Assembly (NCBI GenBank): GCA_965205945.1
Contig: CBDBIB010000003.1
Span: 774,238 to 838,237 of the forward strand
Direction: 5' to 3'
Source: Bdellovibrionales bacterium
GTDB taxonomy: Bacteria > Bdellovibrionota > Bdellovibrionia > Bdellovibrionales > UBA1609
DNA: 64,000 nt
The first letter of the stretch is position 1, and each line of letters starts with the position of its first letter. The notes under the pieces are model-generated. The model saw only the letters and a list, made by a program, of their open reading frames with translations. It had not been told where the DNA came from and did not search any database. This document shows positions 10,129-20,547 of this stretch, in pieces. Both the position numbers and the translations under genes were made by a program.

Positions 10129-12474
10129 ATGAACGCTGCAGAATTTATATTAGAAAATACAAACTTAAAACAAACTAAAGGTTTTAAAAAAGCAGTTTCT
10201 TTATTTAACAAGGGGTTTAGCTTTGGAGAGATTTGTTATGCTCCTGAAGTTTGGGCTGATAAAAGCTTTGGTTTTTGGGAATTAGATAAGCTTGAAAGTT
10301 CTTATCAGAATTTTATTACCTTTAATAAAAAGAAAGAAAAATATATTAAAGACATTGAATCTAGGCAAATACCACTAAAAAGCGTATTACAAGCTATTTT
10401 TAAAGCTAGTAGTTTAAAAGAATTAGAGGATATTTTTCGCCCATATAAAAGAAAAAAGAAAACTAAGGCTACTTTAGCAAGAGAGGCAGGGCTTTTAGAT
10501 TTTTCAAATATTATTAGAGAAAAAGCACTAAAAGGCGAAGACTTTGAAAAAGGTTTAGAGTTTGAGGCTAAAAAATATATTCAGCCCTCACTAGGCTTTA
10601 TTACTTTTGAAACAGTTCTTAAGGGAACTCAAGATATTTTAATTGAGCAAGGGCTTAAGAATGTGAATTTACGCGCAAACCTTTTAAAAGAAGTGCTTAA
10701 AAATGCAAAGATTATTATAAAAGCAGGTGAAAAATTAAAAGAAGGTGGGCGATATTCAAATTTTATAAAAGCCCCTGTTCAAAATTGTGAGTATTACTTA
10801 AGCTTTAAAAATTATGATAAGTTTCCTCAGATTAAAAAGGCTTGGGAAGAGGGATTTTTAAAAATAACGTTAGATTTTCCTTTAGATGGACAAATTAAAG
10901 CGTTTAAAAAAGCATTTGTTTCTAAAGGGGCTGGGGATTTAGAGTCTTTTTTAAATATCGTGAGTAAGAAAGCCTTAGATATTCATGCTCTTCCTTCTGT
11001 GACAACAGAAGTATTTGATAAATTTTATACGGTGTCACAGACAGTGTATTTATCTAAGCTTAAATCTGATTATAAGAGTCTTCTTCAAACCCCCGCTTTT
11101 AAGAATAAACCTATTCTTGCAATATTAGAAAAAGAAAATCAAATGGCCTCTGTTGTTTTTGTAAGTCATGAAGGTGAGTTTGTATCCTCTACTTTAATAG
11201 ATTTTTTAAAAGAAGATGTTGTTCAAAATCTAAAAACCCTTATAGAAAGCATTACTAAAAATGTAGAGCTTGGCTGCATTGCTATTTCCTTGAGTGATTC
11301 AGTTAGGAAATTTGAGAAATTAACGGCTAGAGCATTATTGGAATTAAATAAATCAAATTCTATACAACTGGTTATGGCTGATCCAAGAGGGTTAGCTCAG
11401 TATGTTAATCAGCCTGAGGCAAAATTTGGATTTAAAGAAGCTATAGATAACTCTTCGCTTTCTTGTTATTATTTAGCAAAAAGAGTTCAAAATCCTGTTT
11501 TAGAGTATGGTTCACATTTGCCATCAACATTACTAGAAGTGCCTAATTTTATGGATAAAGCAGAAGTGGATAGAGAGCTTTTAAAGGTGTTAAGTTATTA
11601 TGTATGTTCAATAGGCTTATCTATTTGGGATGTGAACTGGGGACTTTTAAAAAATTTAAATTGGTTTAAGTTTGAAGAGGAATCTGAATTAAAAGATTTA
11701 AGTGAAAAGATTTTTAAAAGTCGGGCCAAAGAGAAAAAGGATTTAGAAAAAATTTTAAGTTTAAAAGATTTTGTTAGATTTTCAAAGTATTTTAAGTTTT
11801 CAGAAGCGTTAAATCTTTTAGACCGCTCAAGACTTTCTCAAACAGAATTTTCAAGAGTAAAAGATTTTTTAAAAGAAAAGGAGATAAGCTTATTAAAAGG
11901 GCCTATTCTTAATTTATATAAAAGAGTTGATGAGGAGTGGTATAATCTTTTAGGTAAGGATTTTTCAAACTATTTGAGTTTAGAATTATCAAATCCCTTT
12001 AAAGATTTTAGAAAAACATATAAAGTATTTTCATTTTCTAAAACAGCAGAAGAGCTAAGTGAAGTTAAAAAAGATAATCTGTATTGGGGGATTGTTACAA
12101 AATTTTCAACTTTTGGAGCTTTTATAGATATTGGAGTTGGTGTTAATGGTTTGATTCATTTATCAGAACTGTCTAATGACTATATTTCTGATGCTAGAAA
12201 AGTTTTAAAGCTTGGTCAGTGGGTGTTAATTAAGGCTATTAAAGTTGATTTAGAAGAAAAAAAACTTTCTTTTTCTAAGATTAAAGTTGATCAAGATTTT
12301 TTAAAGAAAGTTACAAATAAGAAATCTAAAGTTTTAAAAAATGAAAAAAGAACCTTTAATAAACCACTAGTTAAGAAGCTTGATAAAAATTTAAAAAGAG
12401 GGAAGCCTCAAAATAGAAAACCTAAAGAGCTCTTTAATAACCCTTTTGCTGCTCTTCAGGATTTAAAAAAGTAA
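10129..12474 (+). CDS. tex: Diverged Tex-family transcription accessory protein with C-terminal S1 domain
   Basis: LEDIFRPYKRKKKTKATLAREAGL Tex motif; FGAFIDIGVGVNGLIHLSEL S1 domain; FNNPFAAL tail. Confidence 0.8.
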   Translation: MNAAEFILENTNLKQTKGFKKAVSLFNKGFSFGEICYAPEVWADKSFGFWELDKLESSYQNFITFNKKKEKYIKDIESRQIPLKSVLQAIFKASSLKELEDIFRPYKRKKKTKATLAREAGLLDFSNIIREKALKGEDFEKGLEFEAKKYIQPSLGFITFETVLKGTQDILIEQGLKNVNLRANLLKEVLKNAKIIIKAGEKLKEGGRYSNFIKAPVQNCEYYLSFKNYDKFPQIKKAWEEGFLKITLDFPLDGQIKAFKKAFVSKGAGDLESFLNIVSKKALDIHALPSVTTEVFDKFYTVSQTVYLSKLKSDYKSLLQTPAFKNKPILAILEKENQMASVVFVSHEGEFVSSTLIDFLKEDVVQNLKTLIESITKNVELGCIAISLSDSVRKFEKLTARALLELNKSNSIQLVMADPRGLAQYVNQPEAKFGFKEAIDNSSLSCYYLAKRVQNPVLEYGSHLPSTLLEVPNFMDKAEVDRELLKVLSYYVCSIGLSIWDVNWGLLKNLNWFKFEEESELKDLSEKIFKSRAKEKKDLEKILSLKDFVRFSKYFKFSEALNLLDRSRLSQTEFSRVKDFLKEKEISLLKGPILNLYKRVDEEWYNLLGKDFSNYLSLELSNPFKDFRKTYKVFSFSKTAEELSEVKKDNLYWGIVTKFSTFGAFIDIGVGVNGLIHLSELSNDYISDARKVLKLGQWVLIKAIKVDLEEKKLSFSKIKVDQDFLKKVTNKKSKVLKNEKRTFNKPLVKKLDKNLKRGKPQNRKPKELFNNPFAALQDLKK

Positions 12475-12541
12475 AAAGTTTTTAAATAGAGTTTTAATTG
12501 TATTACAAGACTAAAAGTTTTTAAGAATAATAAAATAAAAG

Positions 12542-13330
12542 CTAGGCTTTTTTTAAAAGTTCATTAGTGACTTGACAAAACCCATCACCACCATTAAGTG
12601 TAGTGATCCATGTGGGCTTGAATTTTAATTTAGGTATAAATTTTTTAATATTTGCCACTCCAATGGAGTATTTAAACTGCTTAAAGTTAGGCTCATCGTT
12701 TGGACTGTCTCCTATAAAAAGTGCATGTAGACAAACTTTATTAAAATTAAGATCTAGTTCTTTTAAACAAAATTCTTTGATCATTGAAAATTTGTCATAA
12801 TCACCAAACCAACCATTAATATGAATAGAACTCACCCTAGCACTGGAGCCATGTTTTTTATAAATAGAGATAATTTTTTTTATTTCACTTTTACTTAAAG
12901 GAGAAACATCTTCACAAAAATCTACTGCAAGATCCATAAGTCGAGAAAATTGATCAGATGCAATGGCGGCATTAGGAATCAATTTAAGAACCTCATCTTT
13001 GATATTATTAAGTTTTTGCCTATTTTTAAGTCTATCCTCTTGAGTATTAAAGAAATAACGAATCATTTTCTTATTTTTGTAGCTAAAGTAAAAGCCTCCA
13101 TTTTCACCAATAACACCATGAACAGGCCAAAATCTAGCAATCATCTCACACCATCCAGCAGGTCTTCCTGTGACTGGAATAATCTTAAAGCCATTATCAT
13201 AAAGCCTCCATAAAGCATCATAAGCATTGCTTTTAAGTCTGCCATGACTTGTAAGGGTGTCATCAATATCCGTGAAGATGTATTTGATTTTTAAATTAGA
13301 TAAATTTGCTGAAAATAATGGCTTAGACAT
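12542..13330 (-). CDS. HAD-IIB family hydrolase
   Basis: DIDDT motif I, VTGR, ENG, GDSPND. Confidence 0.9.
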   Translation of the reverse strand: MSKPLFSANLSNLKIKYIFTDIDDTLTSHGRLKSNAYDALWRLYDNGFKIIPVTGRPAGWCEMIARFWPVHGVIGENGGFYFSYKNKKMIRYFFNTQEDRLKNRQKLNNIKDEVLKLIPNAAIASDQFSRLMDLAVDFCEDVSPLSKSEIKKIISIYKKHGSSARVSSIHINGWFGDYDKFSMIKEFCLKELDLNFNKVCLHALFIGDSPNDEPNFKQFKYSIGVANIKKFIPKLKFKPTWITTLNGGDGFCQVTNELLKKA

Positions 13331-13431
13331 TGGTGCTCCATATCTTTATAATGTTTAAAGAAAGTGGCTATAAAGCCATTACTATAAAGTGCTTATACTA
13401 TTAAGTAGTTATAAATTAACAAGAGGATTGC

Positions 13432-16056
13432 ATGGCATCAAAATCTGTACAGGGTAAAAAATTGGTAATAGTAGAGTCTCCTACAAAAGCTCGTACTATT
13501 CGTAAGTTTTTAGGGTCAGACTTTATTGTAGAGTCTTGTATGGGACATATTAGGGATTTGCCAAAATCTGCTAAAGAAATTCCTGAAAAATATAAGAAAG
13601 AAAAATGGGCAAGGCTTGGTGTAGATGTTAAAGGTGATTTTAAGGCTATTTATCTGGTTCCAAAAAATAAAACAAAAATTGTTACACAATTAAAAACTCT
13701 TTTAAAAGAGGCTAAGGAACTCTATCTTGCAACGGATGAAGACAGAGAGGGAGAAAGTATTAGTTGGCATTTACTTGAAGTTTTAAAACCTAAAATTCCT
13801 GTTAAACGAATGGTGTTTCATGAGATTACAGAAAAAGCTATTTTAGCAGCCTTAAAAGACACTAGAGAAATTAATTTTGATATGGTTAGGGCTCAAGAAG
13901 CTAGAAGGATTTTAGATCGTTTAGTGGGTTTTACAATATCACCTCTTTTGTGGAAAAAAGTAGCCTATGGTTTGTCTGCAGGTCGGGTACAGTCTGTTGC
14001 TGTAAAACTGATTTCTAGAAGAGAACATGAGCGTATGGAGTTTGTAAGAAATAAATATCAATCTGTAACAGCTCATGGACAAAAGAATAAAACCACTTTT
14101 CAAGCAAGGCTTTTAGAATGGGAGGGCAAAAAACTTGCTACGGGAAAAGATTTTAAAGAAAAAGCTTTAGGTTTAAAGGAGAGTAAGAAAAGTTATATTC
14201 ATTTAAATAAAAAACTATCAGGTCAGGTTTTAGACGCTTTAGAGGATAAAAACTTAACTGTTATAAGTGTTGAAGAAAAACCAATTTCAAGAAAACCATC
14301 AGCACCGTTTATTACATCAACACTTCAACAGGAAGCTAGTAGAAAGCTTTTAATGACTTCTCGTGAAACAATGCAGGTTGCTCAAAAACTTTATGAGCAG
14401 GGTTTTATTACTTATATGAGAACAGATTCTACTTTTTTATCCGCTCAAGCAATTAAGGCGGCAAGAATGGCCATTAAGGATCTTTATGGTAAAGACTATC
14501 TTCCAGATGTTTCTCGTGACTATACTAAGAAAAAAGTTAAAGGCGCGCAAGAAGCCCATGAAGCCATTCGTCCAGCAGGAGTAGATTTTGTAAAACCTGA
14601 AGACACAAAACTTAAAGGGCTGCAGCTTTCCTTATATGATTTAATTTGGAAAAGAACAATGGCCTCACAAATGGTAAATGCACAACAAAAGCAACTTGCT
14701 GTAAGGTTTAAGGCAGGAGATGGGCTTTTTGGAGCAAATGGTTTGTCTTTAGTTTTTCCAGGGTTTTTTAAAGCCTACGTTGAAGGTTCAGATGATCCAG
14801 ATCAAGTTTTATCTGATAAAGAAGTTCATCTTCCTCAGCTTAAAAAAGATGACCACGTTAAAGTAAATAAATTTGTGGACAACAGCCATGAAACAAAACC
14901 CCCATCAAGATATACAGAGCCAAGTTTAATTCAGATACTTGAAAAAGAAGGGGTCGGACGACCCTCTACTTATGCTTCAATCGTTGGAACAATTCAAGAC
15001 AGAGGTTATGTGAATAAAGTTGGAAATTCATTGCAACCAACATTTACGGCCTTAATTGTAACAAAACTGTTAGAGAATTACCTGCCTAACTATGTAGATT
15101 TAGGGTTTACATCAAATATGGAGGACTCTTTAGATGGTGTTGCTGAAGGGGAAAAGGTTTGGACGGATTATTTAAGAGAAGTTTATTTAGGAGAGAGTGG
15201 GTTAAAAGCATCAGTTGATAAAAAAGAAGAAGAAATTGATATAGAGACCTCAAGAAGTATTCAGATTGTAGGCCTTAAGGGACTTAATTTTAAAGTCGGT
15301 AGATATGGCGCTTATGTATGTAAGAACGTAGATGGAACAGAAGTGTGTGCTTCCCTTCCTGAAGATCATGCTCCGGCTGATATGAATCTTGAGTATGTTG
15401 ATAAGGCTATTGATCGAAAAATTAATGGAGTGGATGCTTTAGGGGTAGATCCTGAAACAAACCTTTCAGTGTATATTTTAACAGGGCGTTATGGACCCTA
15501 TGTACAGCTAGGGGATAGTAAGGGTGAAAAAGAAAAACCAAAGCGATCTTCAATACCTCCAACAATGAACCCTGATGAAATCACTATTAAGCAAGCGTTA
15601 GAACTTTTATCTTTACCAAAAACTTTAGGGACTCATCCAGATACAGGTATTCAGATTAAAGCAGGTCTTGGAAGGTTTGGTCCTTTTATAGTCTATGAAA
15701 AAGACTTTAGATCTATTCCAAAAGACATGGACTTATTTACAATTACTTTAGAGCAAGCCTTAGAGCTTTTGGCCCGTTTAAAAGGTAGCCGTGGTAGAGC
15801 CGCACCCATTAAAATTTTAGGAAAGCATCCAACTTTAGATGAAGAGATTAGTGTATATAATGGTAAATTTGGACCATATTTAAAATGTGGTAAAATCAAT
15901 GCCTCTTTCCATGAGAATATGGAGATTGAAAAGGTTACATTAAAGCAAGCTTTACAATTTTTAAACCCTAAAATTAAAGAAGCTAAAGTAAAAAAGAAAG
16001 CGACTAAGAAGGCTACTGTGAAGAAAAAAATAATTACTAGAAAGAAAAAAAATTAA
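13432..16056 (+). CDS. topA: DNA topoisomerase I
   Basis: IVESPTKA, ATDEDREGE, SAGRVQS, ITYMRTD; C-terminal GR(Y/F)GP repeats and Lys-rich tail. Confidence 0.97.
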   Translation: MASKSVQGKKLVIVESPTKARTIRKFLGSDFIVESCMGHIRDLPKSAKEIPEKYKKEKWARLGVDVKGDFKAIYLVPKNKTKIVTQLKTLLKEAKELYLATDEDREGESISWHLLEVLKPKIPVKRMVFHEITEKAILAALKDTREINFDMVRAQEARRILDRLVGFTISPLLWKKVAYGLSAGRVQSVAVKLISRREHERMEFVRNKYQSVTAHGQKNKTTFQARLLEWEGKKLATGKDFKEKALGLKESKKSYIHLNKKLSGQVLDALEDKNLTVISVEEKPISRKPSAPFITSTLQQEASRKLLMTSRETMQVAQKLYEQGFITYMRTDSTFLSAQAIKAARMAIKDLYGKDYLPDVSRDYTKKKVKGAQEAHEAIRPAGVDFVKPEDTKLKGLQLSLYDLIWKRTMASQMVNAQQKQLAVRFKAGDGLFGANGLSLVFPGFFKAYVEGSDDPDQVLSDKEVHLPQLKKDDHVKVNKFVDNSHETKPPSRYTEPSLIQILEKEGVGRPSTYASIVGTIQDRGYVNKVGNSLQPTFTALIVTKLLENYLPNYVDLGFTSNMEDSLDGVAEGEKVWTDYLREVYLGESGLKASVDKKEEEIDIETSRSIQIVGLKGLNFKVGRYGAYVCKNVDGTEVCASLPEDHAPADMNLEYVDKAIDRKINGVDALGVDPETNLSVYILTGRYGPYVQLGDSKGEKEKPKRSSIPPTMNPDEITIKQALELLSLPKTLGTHPDTGIQIKAGLGRFGPFIVYEKDFRSIPKDMDLFTITLEQALELLARLKGSRGRAAPIKILGKHPTLDEEISVYNGKFGPYLKCGKINASFHENMEIEKVTLKQALQFLNPKIKEAKVKKKATKKATVKKKIITRKKKN

Positions 16057-16286
16057 TGCTATTTAAAATTTTTTATTAACAGTCTCATAGTCAAGTGTAT
16101 AGAGAAAGAGTCGTAAGTTTTTAAGACTATTCTTGATAGTAGTTTATTCTTGCTAAAGATAACAAAGTATTTTGTATGAAAAAGTTAATCTAGAATAGAT
16201 TTGTTTATTCCTTAGTTTTATAGAATTAAATAGTTTAACTTAGAATGTTTCATATGTAATAACGCTAGTAAAAAGTATTAATTTTT

Positions 16287-17138
16287 TTAGGAAAATTCAT
16301 AAAAATCCATTAATTGGATTATATTAGCATGAGGCACTGAGTGTGTAATAGAGTCAACACTAATGTAATCAACTCCCATAATAGCAACAGATTCAACCCG
16401 ATTAAGTGTCATGTTTTTACAGGCTTCAACTTGAATACTTTTTCCAGTTTTTTGGATAAGATTTAAAGCTTTAGATATTTCTTCGTTTGAAAAATTGTTA
16501 AGTATAATTCTGTGAGCATTGGTTTTTATAATAAGTTCAACATGACTTAGATTTAAAGCCTCAACAGTGAGGTGAAGGTCAGGATTCTTTTTTAGACAGT
16601 TTTTAATAGCTTTTTTAAAATTAAATTCATAAAGGTTTAAGTGATTTTCTTTTAACATCATAGAGCTAGAAAGGTTACTTTTATGATTTAAACCCCCTCC
16701 ATCACGAACAGCTTTTTTTTCTAAGCTGTGATAAAAAGGGGTTGTTTTTGGAGTGTCTAGGATACGACATTTAGTTTTTCTAACTTTTTGACTAAAACGC
16801 CAGGTTTGTGTAGCTATGCCGCTAAGATGTCCAATCCAGTTTAAAAGAGGTCTTTCCACAAGTAGGAGAGATTTCCAGGGGCCTTCAAGTAAGGCAATGC
16901 ATTGCTCTTTATAAACTATGTCACCATCTTTAAAAAAACTAGTAATGCAAAGGTTTAATTCTTTAGGAATAGAGTTTAATATAAACTCACTTCCAGAAAT
17001 ACAAAGATCCTCTTTAGCTAGAATTCTTGCTGTTTTTATGTATTTAGGAAGATTTAATGAATCTGAAGTCTTATCTCCAAAGGGAGCATCTTTTTTTAAA
17101 AACTCTGTCCAAAACCCCTTAGAAAGAGAGTCTATCAT
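16287..17138 (-). CDS. nadC: Quinolinate phosphoribosyltransferase homologue with degenerate active-site motifs
   Basis: ER..LN, LSGIAT, DTPKT (normally DTRKT), GGGLNHK, KENH, GVDYISV. Confidence 0.8.
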   Translation of the reverse strand: MIDSLSKGFWTEFLKKDAPFGDKTSDSLNLPKYIKTARILAKEDLCISGSEFILNSIPKELNLCITSFFKDGDIVYKEQCIALLEGPWKSLLLVERPLLNWIGHLSGIATQTWRFSQKVRKTKCRILDTPKTTPFYHSLEKKAVRDGGGLNHKSNLSSSMMLKENHLNLYEFNFKKAIKNCLKKNPDLHLTVEALNLSHVELIIKTNAHRIILNNFSNEEISKALNLIQKTGKSIQVEACKNMTLNRVESVAIMGVDYISVDSITHSVPHANIIQLMDFYEFS

Positions 17139-18157
17139 CTAAGATTATCTTCATATTTGATTTCACCTGTAAGGCGTTGAATTTCTTTTTGGATCATTTC
17201 TTTTGCTAATTCAGGAACGACATCCCAAACAATGCTTTCAATAATATCATTGCTTTGAGCAAGAATAAGTCTTTTAAGCTCTTCTTTAGAAAGTTCAGAG
17301 GTAATGTTGGGTGTGGTTTGAGTGGTGTCTTTATCTTTAAGTTTTAAAGGTTGGGTTTGAGGCTTTACTGGGTTGTAGCTTTTTTTAAGTATTGGAGAAG
17401 GGTTTGGGGCTGAGTCTTTAGGTGCTTTAGGCAAGTTTTCTTTTAAAGATTCAAAAGGAAGGTTGTTATCATCAAAAGAATGTAGAGAAAAAGAGTCTAC
17501 ATCATCTAGGCCTTCAGGGGCGTTAAGTGTTGAAGAATCTGTGTCCCCTTCTTTTTTTAAAATACTTTCAAAATCTGGAATGGGGGGAAGGTTGTTATTA
17601 TCATCAAGATTTAAATCTTGTAATGGCTGAGGATTAGATTTTTTAATAAAAGAGTTATTTAAATTATCAGCTTTTAAAGGAGAAGTATTTTCATTACTTT
17701 TAATATTTTTAGGATTTAAGGGGCTTTCTTCATTATTAATTTTAAGGGGAGTATCAATAATTAAATGATCACTTAATTCATTTTGATTTAGTTTTAAAAC
17801 AAGTTTTTTTACAATAGCTCTAAGGGTATTAGTTTCAAAAGGTTTTTCAATACTTTCATCAGCCTTACAGGATTTAAATTTTGCTTGATTAAGCTCCATA
17901 AATCCACTCCACATGAGCACAACAGGGGTTTGACTAGAAGCCTTATCTGCCTTTAACTTTTGGCAAGCATCATAGCCATTTAATTTTGGAAGTAAAACAT
18001 CCATAAAACAAATGTCAGGTTGAAAGGTCTGGTAGATTTCTTGTAAATCAACGCTTTGATGGACTGTTTGAATTTGCACGTTATAATCTTGTAGTGCAAT
18101 GGAGAAGGCTTTTTTTATAGAGGGGCTTTCATCTGCTAGAAGAACTCGTAAAGACAT
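17135..18157 (-). CDS. romR: Polarity response regulator RomR-like
   Basis: N-terminal receiver (LLADES, MDVLLP, KPF), Pro-rich low-complexity linker, C-terminal IIESIVWDVVPELAKEMIQKEIQRL. Confidence 0.8.
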   Translation of the reverse strand: MSLRVLLADESPSIKKAFSIALQDYNVQIQTVHQSVDLQEIYQTFQPDICFMDVLLPKLNGYDACQKLKADKASSQTPVVLMWSGFMELNQAKFKSCKADESIEKPFETNTLRAIVKKLVLKLNQNELSDHLIIDTPLKINNEESPLNPKNIKSNENTSPLKADNLNNSFIKKSNPQPLQDLNLDDNNNLPPIPDFESILKKEGDTDSSTLNAPEGLDDVDSFSLHSFDDNNLPFESLKENLPKAPKDSAPNPSPILKKSYNPVKPQTQPLKLKDKDTTQTTPNITSELSKEELKRLILAQSNDIIESIVWDVVPELAKEMIQKEIQRLTGEIKYEDNLR

Positions 18158-18290
18158 ATGTAAATTAAACGATAGGATTTTAGTAGAGTCAACGCTCTTG
18201 CTAAGCTTATTTTTTAAGCTTTTTAGGAGCTTTAAAAAAAGTCTTTAAATTAAAATTTCTTTTAAAGTCAGAGGGTTTAGTTTTAATTAC

Positions 18291-18698
18291 TTAATCATTG
18301 CTTTTGTTATGTTTTTTTCTGTGAAGCTGTATAAATTTCTTTTTTTGAGAATCATTTAAAAGAGATCTTTTTTTAAGTAGAGTTTTAAATTTATATTTTT
18401 TAAAATTGGTATTGGCTTGAAGCATTTTTTTATGGTGGCGTTTAAGGGTGGACTCTAAAGTGTTAGATTTCATAGCTTCTTTAAAAGCTTTTTTGGTTTC
18501 TTTTTTTTCTTGAAGAAGAGATTTCATTTTATCTTTTCTAGAGGCTTGAATCTTTTTAAGTTTCTTTTGCTGTTCCTCACTAAGGTTAAGTTGCTGAAAG
18601 ATTTTTTGCATTTTGTCTTTGTATTTTTGCCGTTCTTTTTTTGCAAAAGTTGGTGACACTATGCTTAGTGATAGAAAAATAAGTAGACAATATTTCAT
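18291..18698 (-). CDS. Spy/CpxP-like periplasmic helical protein
   Basis: Signal peptide; LNLSEEQ and LNDSQ motifs. Confidence 0.7.
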   Translation of the reverse strand: MKYCLLIFLSLSIVSPTFAKKERQKYKDKMQKIFQQLNLSEEQQKKLKKIQASRKDKMKSLLQEKKETKKAFKEAMKSNTLESTLKRHHKKMLQANTNFKKYKFKTLLKKRSLLNDSQKKKFIQLHRKKHNKSND

Positions 18699-19211
18699 TA
18701 TAGCTCCTTGCTATTAAAGTTTGTATTAATTAACTCATAAATATTTAAATAATCATAGTTTAAAAAATAGAATTGAAACATAATATTTTAGGTGTCAAAC
18801 AAAAGCCATTTAAATAAAGAATTTTATTACACTAAAAATTCTTAAAAAATAAGAGCTTTTAAATAAATTTTTTAATCTTAACTTAACCTATGTCCTACAA
18901 CAGCGTTAAACTTAACTATTCTTTTAAGGGGGTAGGGTAAAAAATTAAGAAAACACTAAAAGTATTGATAAAATTTAGAAAAAAGTAGTGTTTATGCTAC
19001 TCTAAAGGGTTTAAAAGATATTTATAGAATTTTTTGTTTAAAAAGAAATTTTAATTTAAGAGGCCTATAAAGGCCTCTAAGATTAAGCAGATCATGATAT
19101 TTTTAAGTTTATATGGTTTAAAGAAAGGTGTGAGAAACAGGCAAAAAATAGGGTTCTTGCCTGTTTTAAAGATTTATTGATCAAACTTATAATAGCGATT
19201 AGTTTTAGGAA

Positions 19212-20285
19212 ATGATTAAAATCTTGAATCGATATCTTTTAAAGATTTACTTAAAATACTATATTTTTAGTCTTTTAGTTCTTACCTTCTTATTTTTGTT
19301 AATTGATGTTGTTACAGTCTTAAATAGATTTCAGGTATCAGGTAGTGTTTATTTAGAGTATTATTTCTACTATATTCCATGGATAATTTCTCAAATGATG
19401 CCAATTGCTGGAGTGCTTGCTACTGTATTTTTATTCGTAACTATTCAGAAAAACAATGAATTGATTGGTTTTTATTCTTTAGGTATTTCTATTTACCAAG
19501 TTTTATCCCCATTAGTGGTTGTTTTATTTTTAATTTCTTTTCTGGGTTGGTTTTTTACGGATAAAGTTATTCCAAAGGCTAATGAGCGTAGAAATTATTA
19601 TTATTATGTGGAAATGAAGAAAAATCCGCTTAGTTACAACCAGTTTAAGAAAAAAAATATATGGCTTAAAACCCAAGAGGTGATTATTAATTTTAAGCAA
19701 ATGCTTTCAGAATCAGAGGTTCAAGGGGCTAAAGTTTTTTTCTATGATAGAGATAAATGGCGACCCACTCGTATTATTGATGCTAAAAAAGTAAGGTTTG
19801 ATAAAACAGCGTGGGCTTTTAAAGATGGAGTTGAAACTTTGTACGAGCCTGCTGGTGTTGTTTTAAGACCCTTTAAAGAAATTATAACAAAACCATTAGA
19901 GGATTTAGTGGGGCTTAAGAAGAGCCTGCCAAGAGTGGAATCAATGAGTCTGTCAGAGCTTTCTTACGCAATTAAAAAAGCAAAAGCTTCCTCTATGACA
20001 ACAAGGCTTTTAGAGATGGAATATTATGGAAAACTTAGTTTTATATTTTCATCACTTTTTTTAAGTTTATTGGCCCTGCCTTTTTGTATAAAAGATCAAA
20101 GATCTTCAAATCTTTTTGTAGGTTTGGGGGTTACTTTAGGATTGGTCCTTCTTTACTGGGTAGTTTATAGTCTAGCATTGAACCTTGGAAAGACGGGGGT
20201 GATGCCGGCAATGATGGCAGCATGGCTTCCAGGAGTGCTTAGTGTAGCTACTTTTTTTATTTTAATGAGGCGACAAAGATTTTAA
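19212..20285 (+). CDS. lptG: LPS export ABC transporter permease (LptG/LptF family)
   Basis: ILNRYL N-terminus, NNEL..GIS, 3+3 TM with periplasmic domain, AAWLP. Confidence 0.85.
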   Translation: MIKILNRYLLKIYLKYYIFSLLVLTFLFLLIDVVTVLNRFQVSGSVYLEYYFYYIPWIISQMMPIAGVLATVFLFVTIQKNNELIGFYSLGISIYQVLSPLVVVLFLISFLGWFFTDKVIPKANERRNYYYYVEMKKNPLSYNQFKKKNIWLKTQEVIINFKQMLSESEVQGAKVFFYDRDKWRPTRIIDAKKVRFDKTAWAFKDGVETLYEPAGVVLRPFKEIITKPLEDLVGLKKSLPRVESMSLSELSYAIKKAKASSMTTRLLEMEYYGKLSFIFSSLFLSLLALPFCIKDQRSSNLFVGLGVTLGLVLLYWVVYSLALNLGKTGVMPAMMAAWLPGVLSVATFFILMRRQRF

Positions 20286-20547
20286 AGTTAATCTTATTAA
20301 GTTCATTAAAAAAACTTATTTTAGCTTAAAAGCTAGGTTTTTTATGAGAGCTTTATTTTAAATTATGGGAAACTTTCTTTTTTTTAAGAGAGGGCTTTAA
20401 TGTAGCCAAAAATATTAAGTTATGACCTAAATCTTTAACTTATTAAGGTTAGCAAACTGCCTGTTATCTAATTAATTTGATTCTTTCAACTGATATAGGT
20501 TGACCAAATTAAAATAACGAGTCAGATTTTTTTAAAAGGAACTAGGT

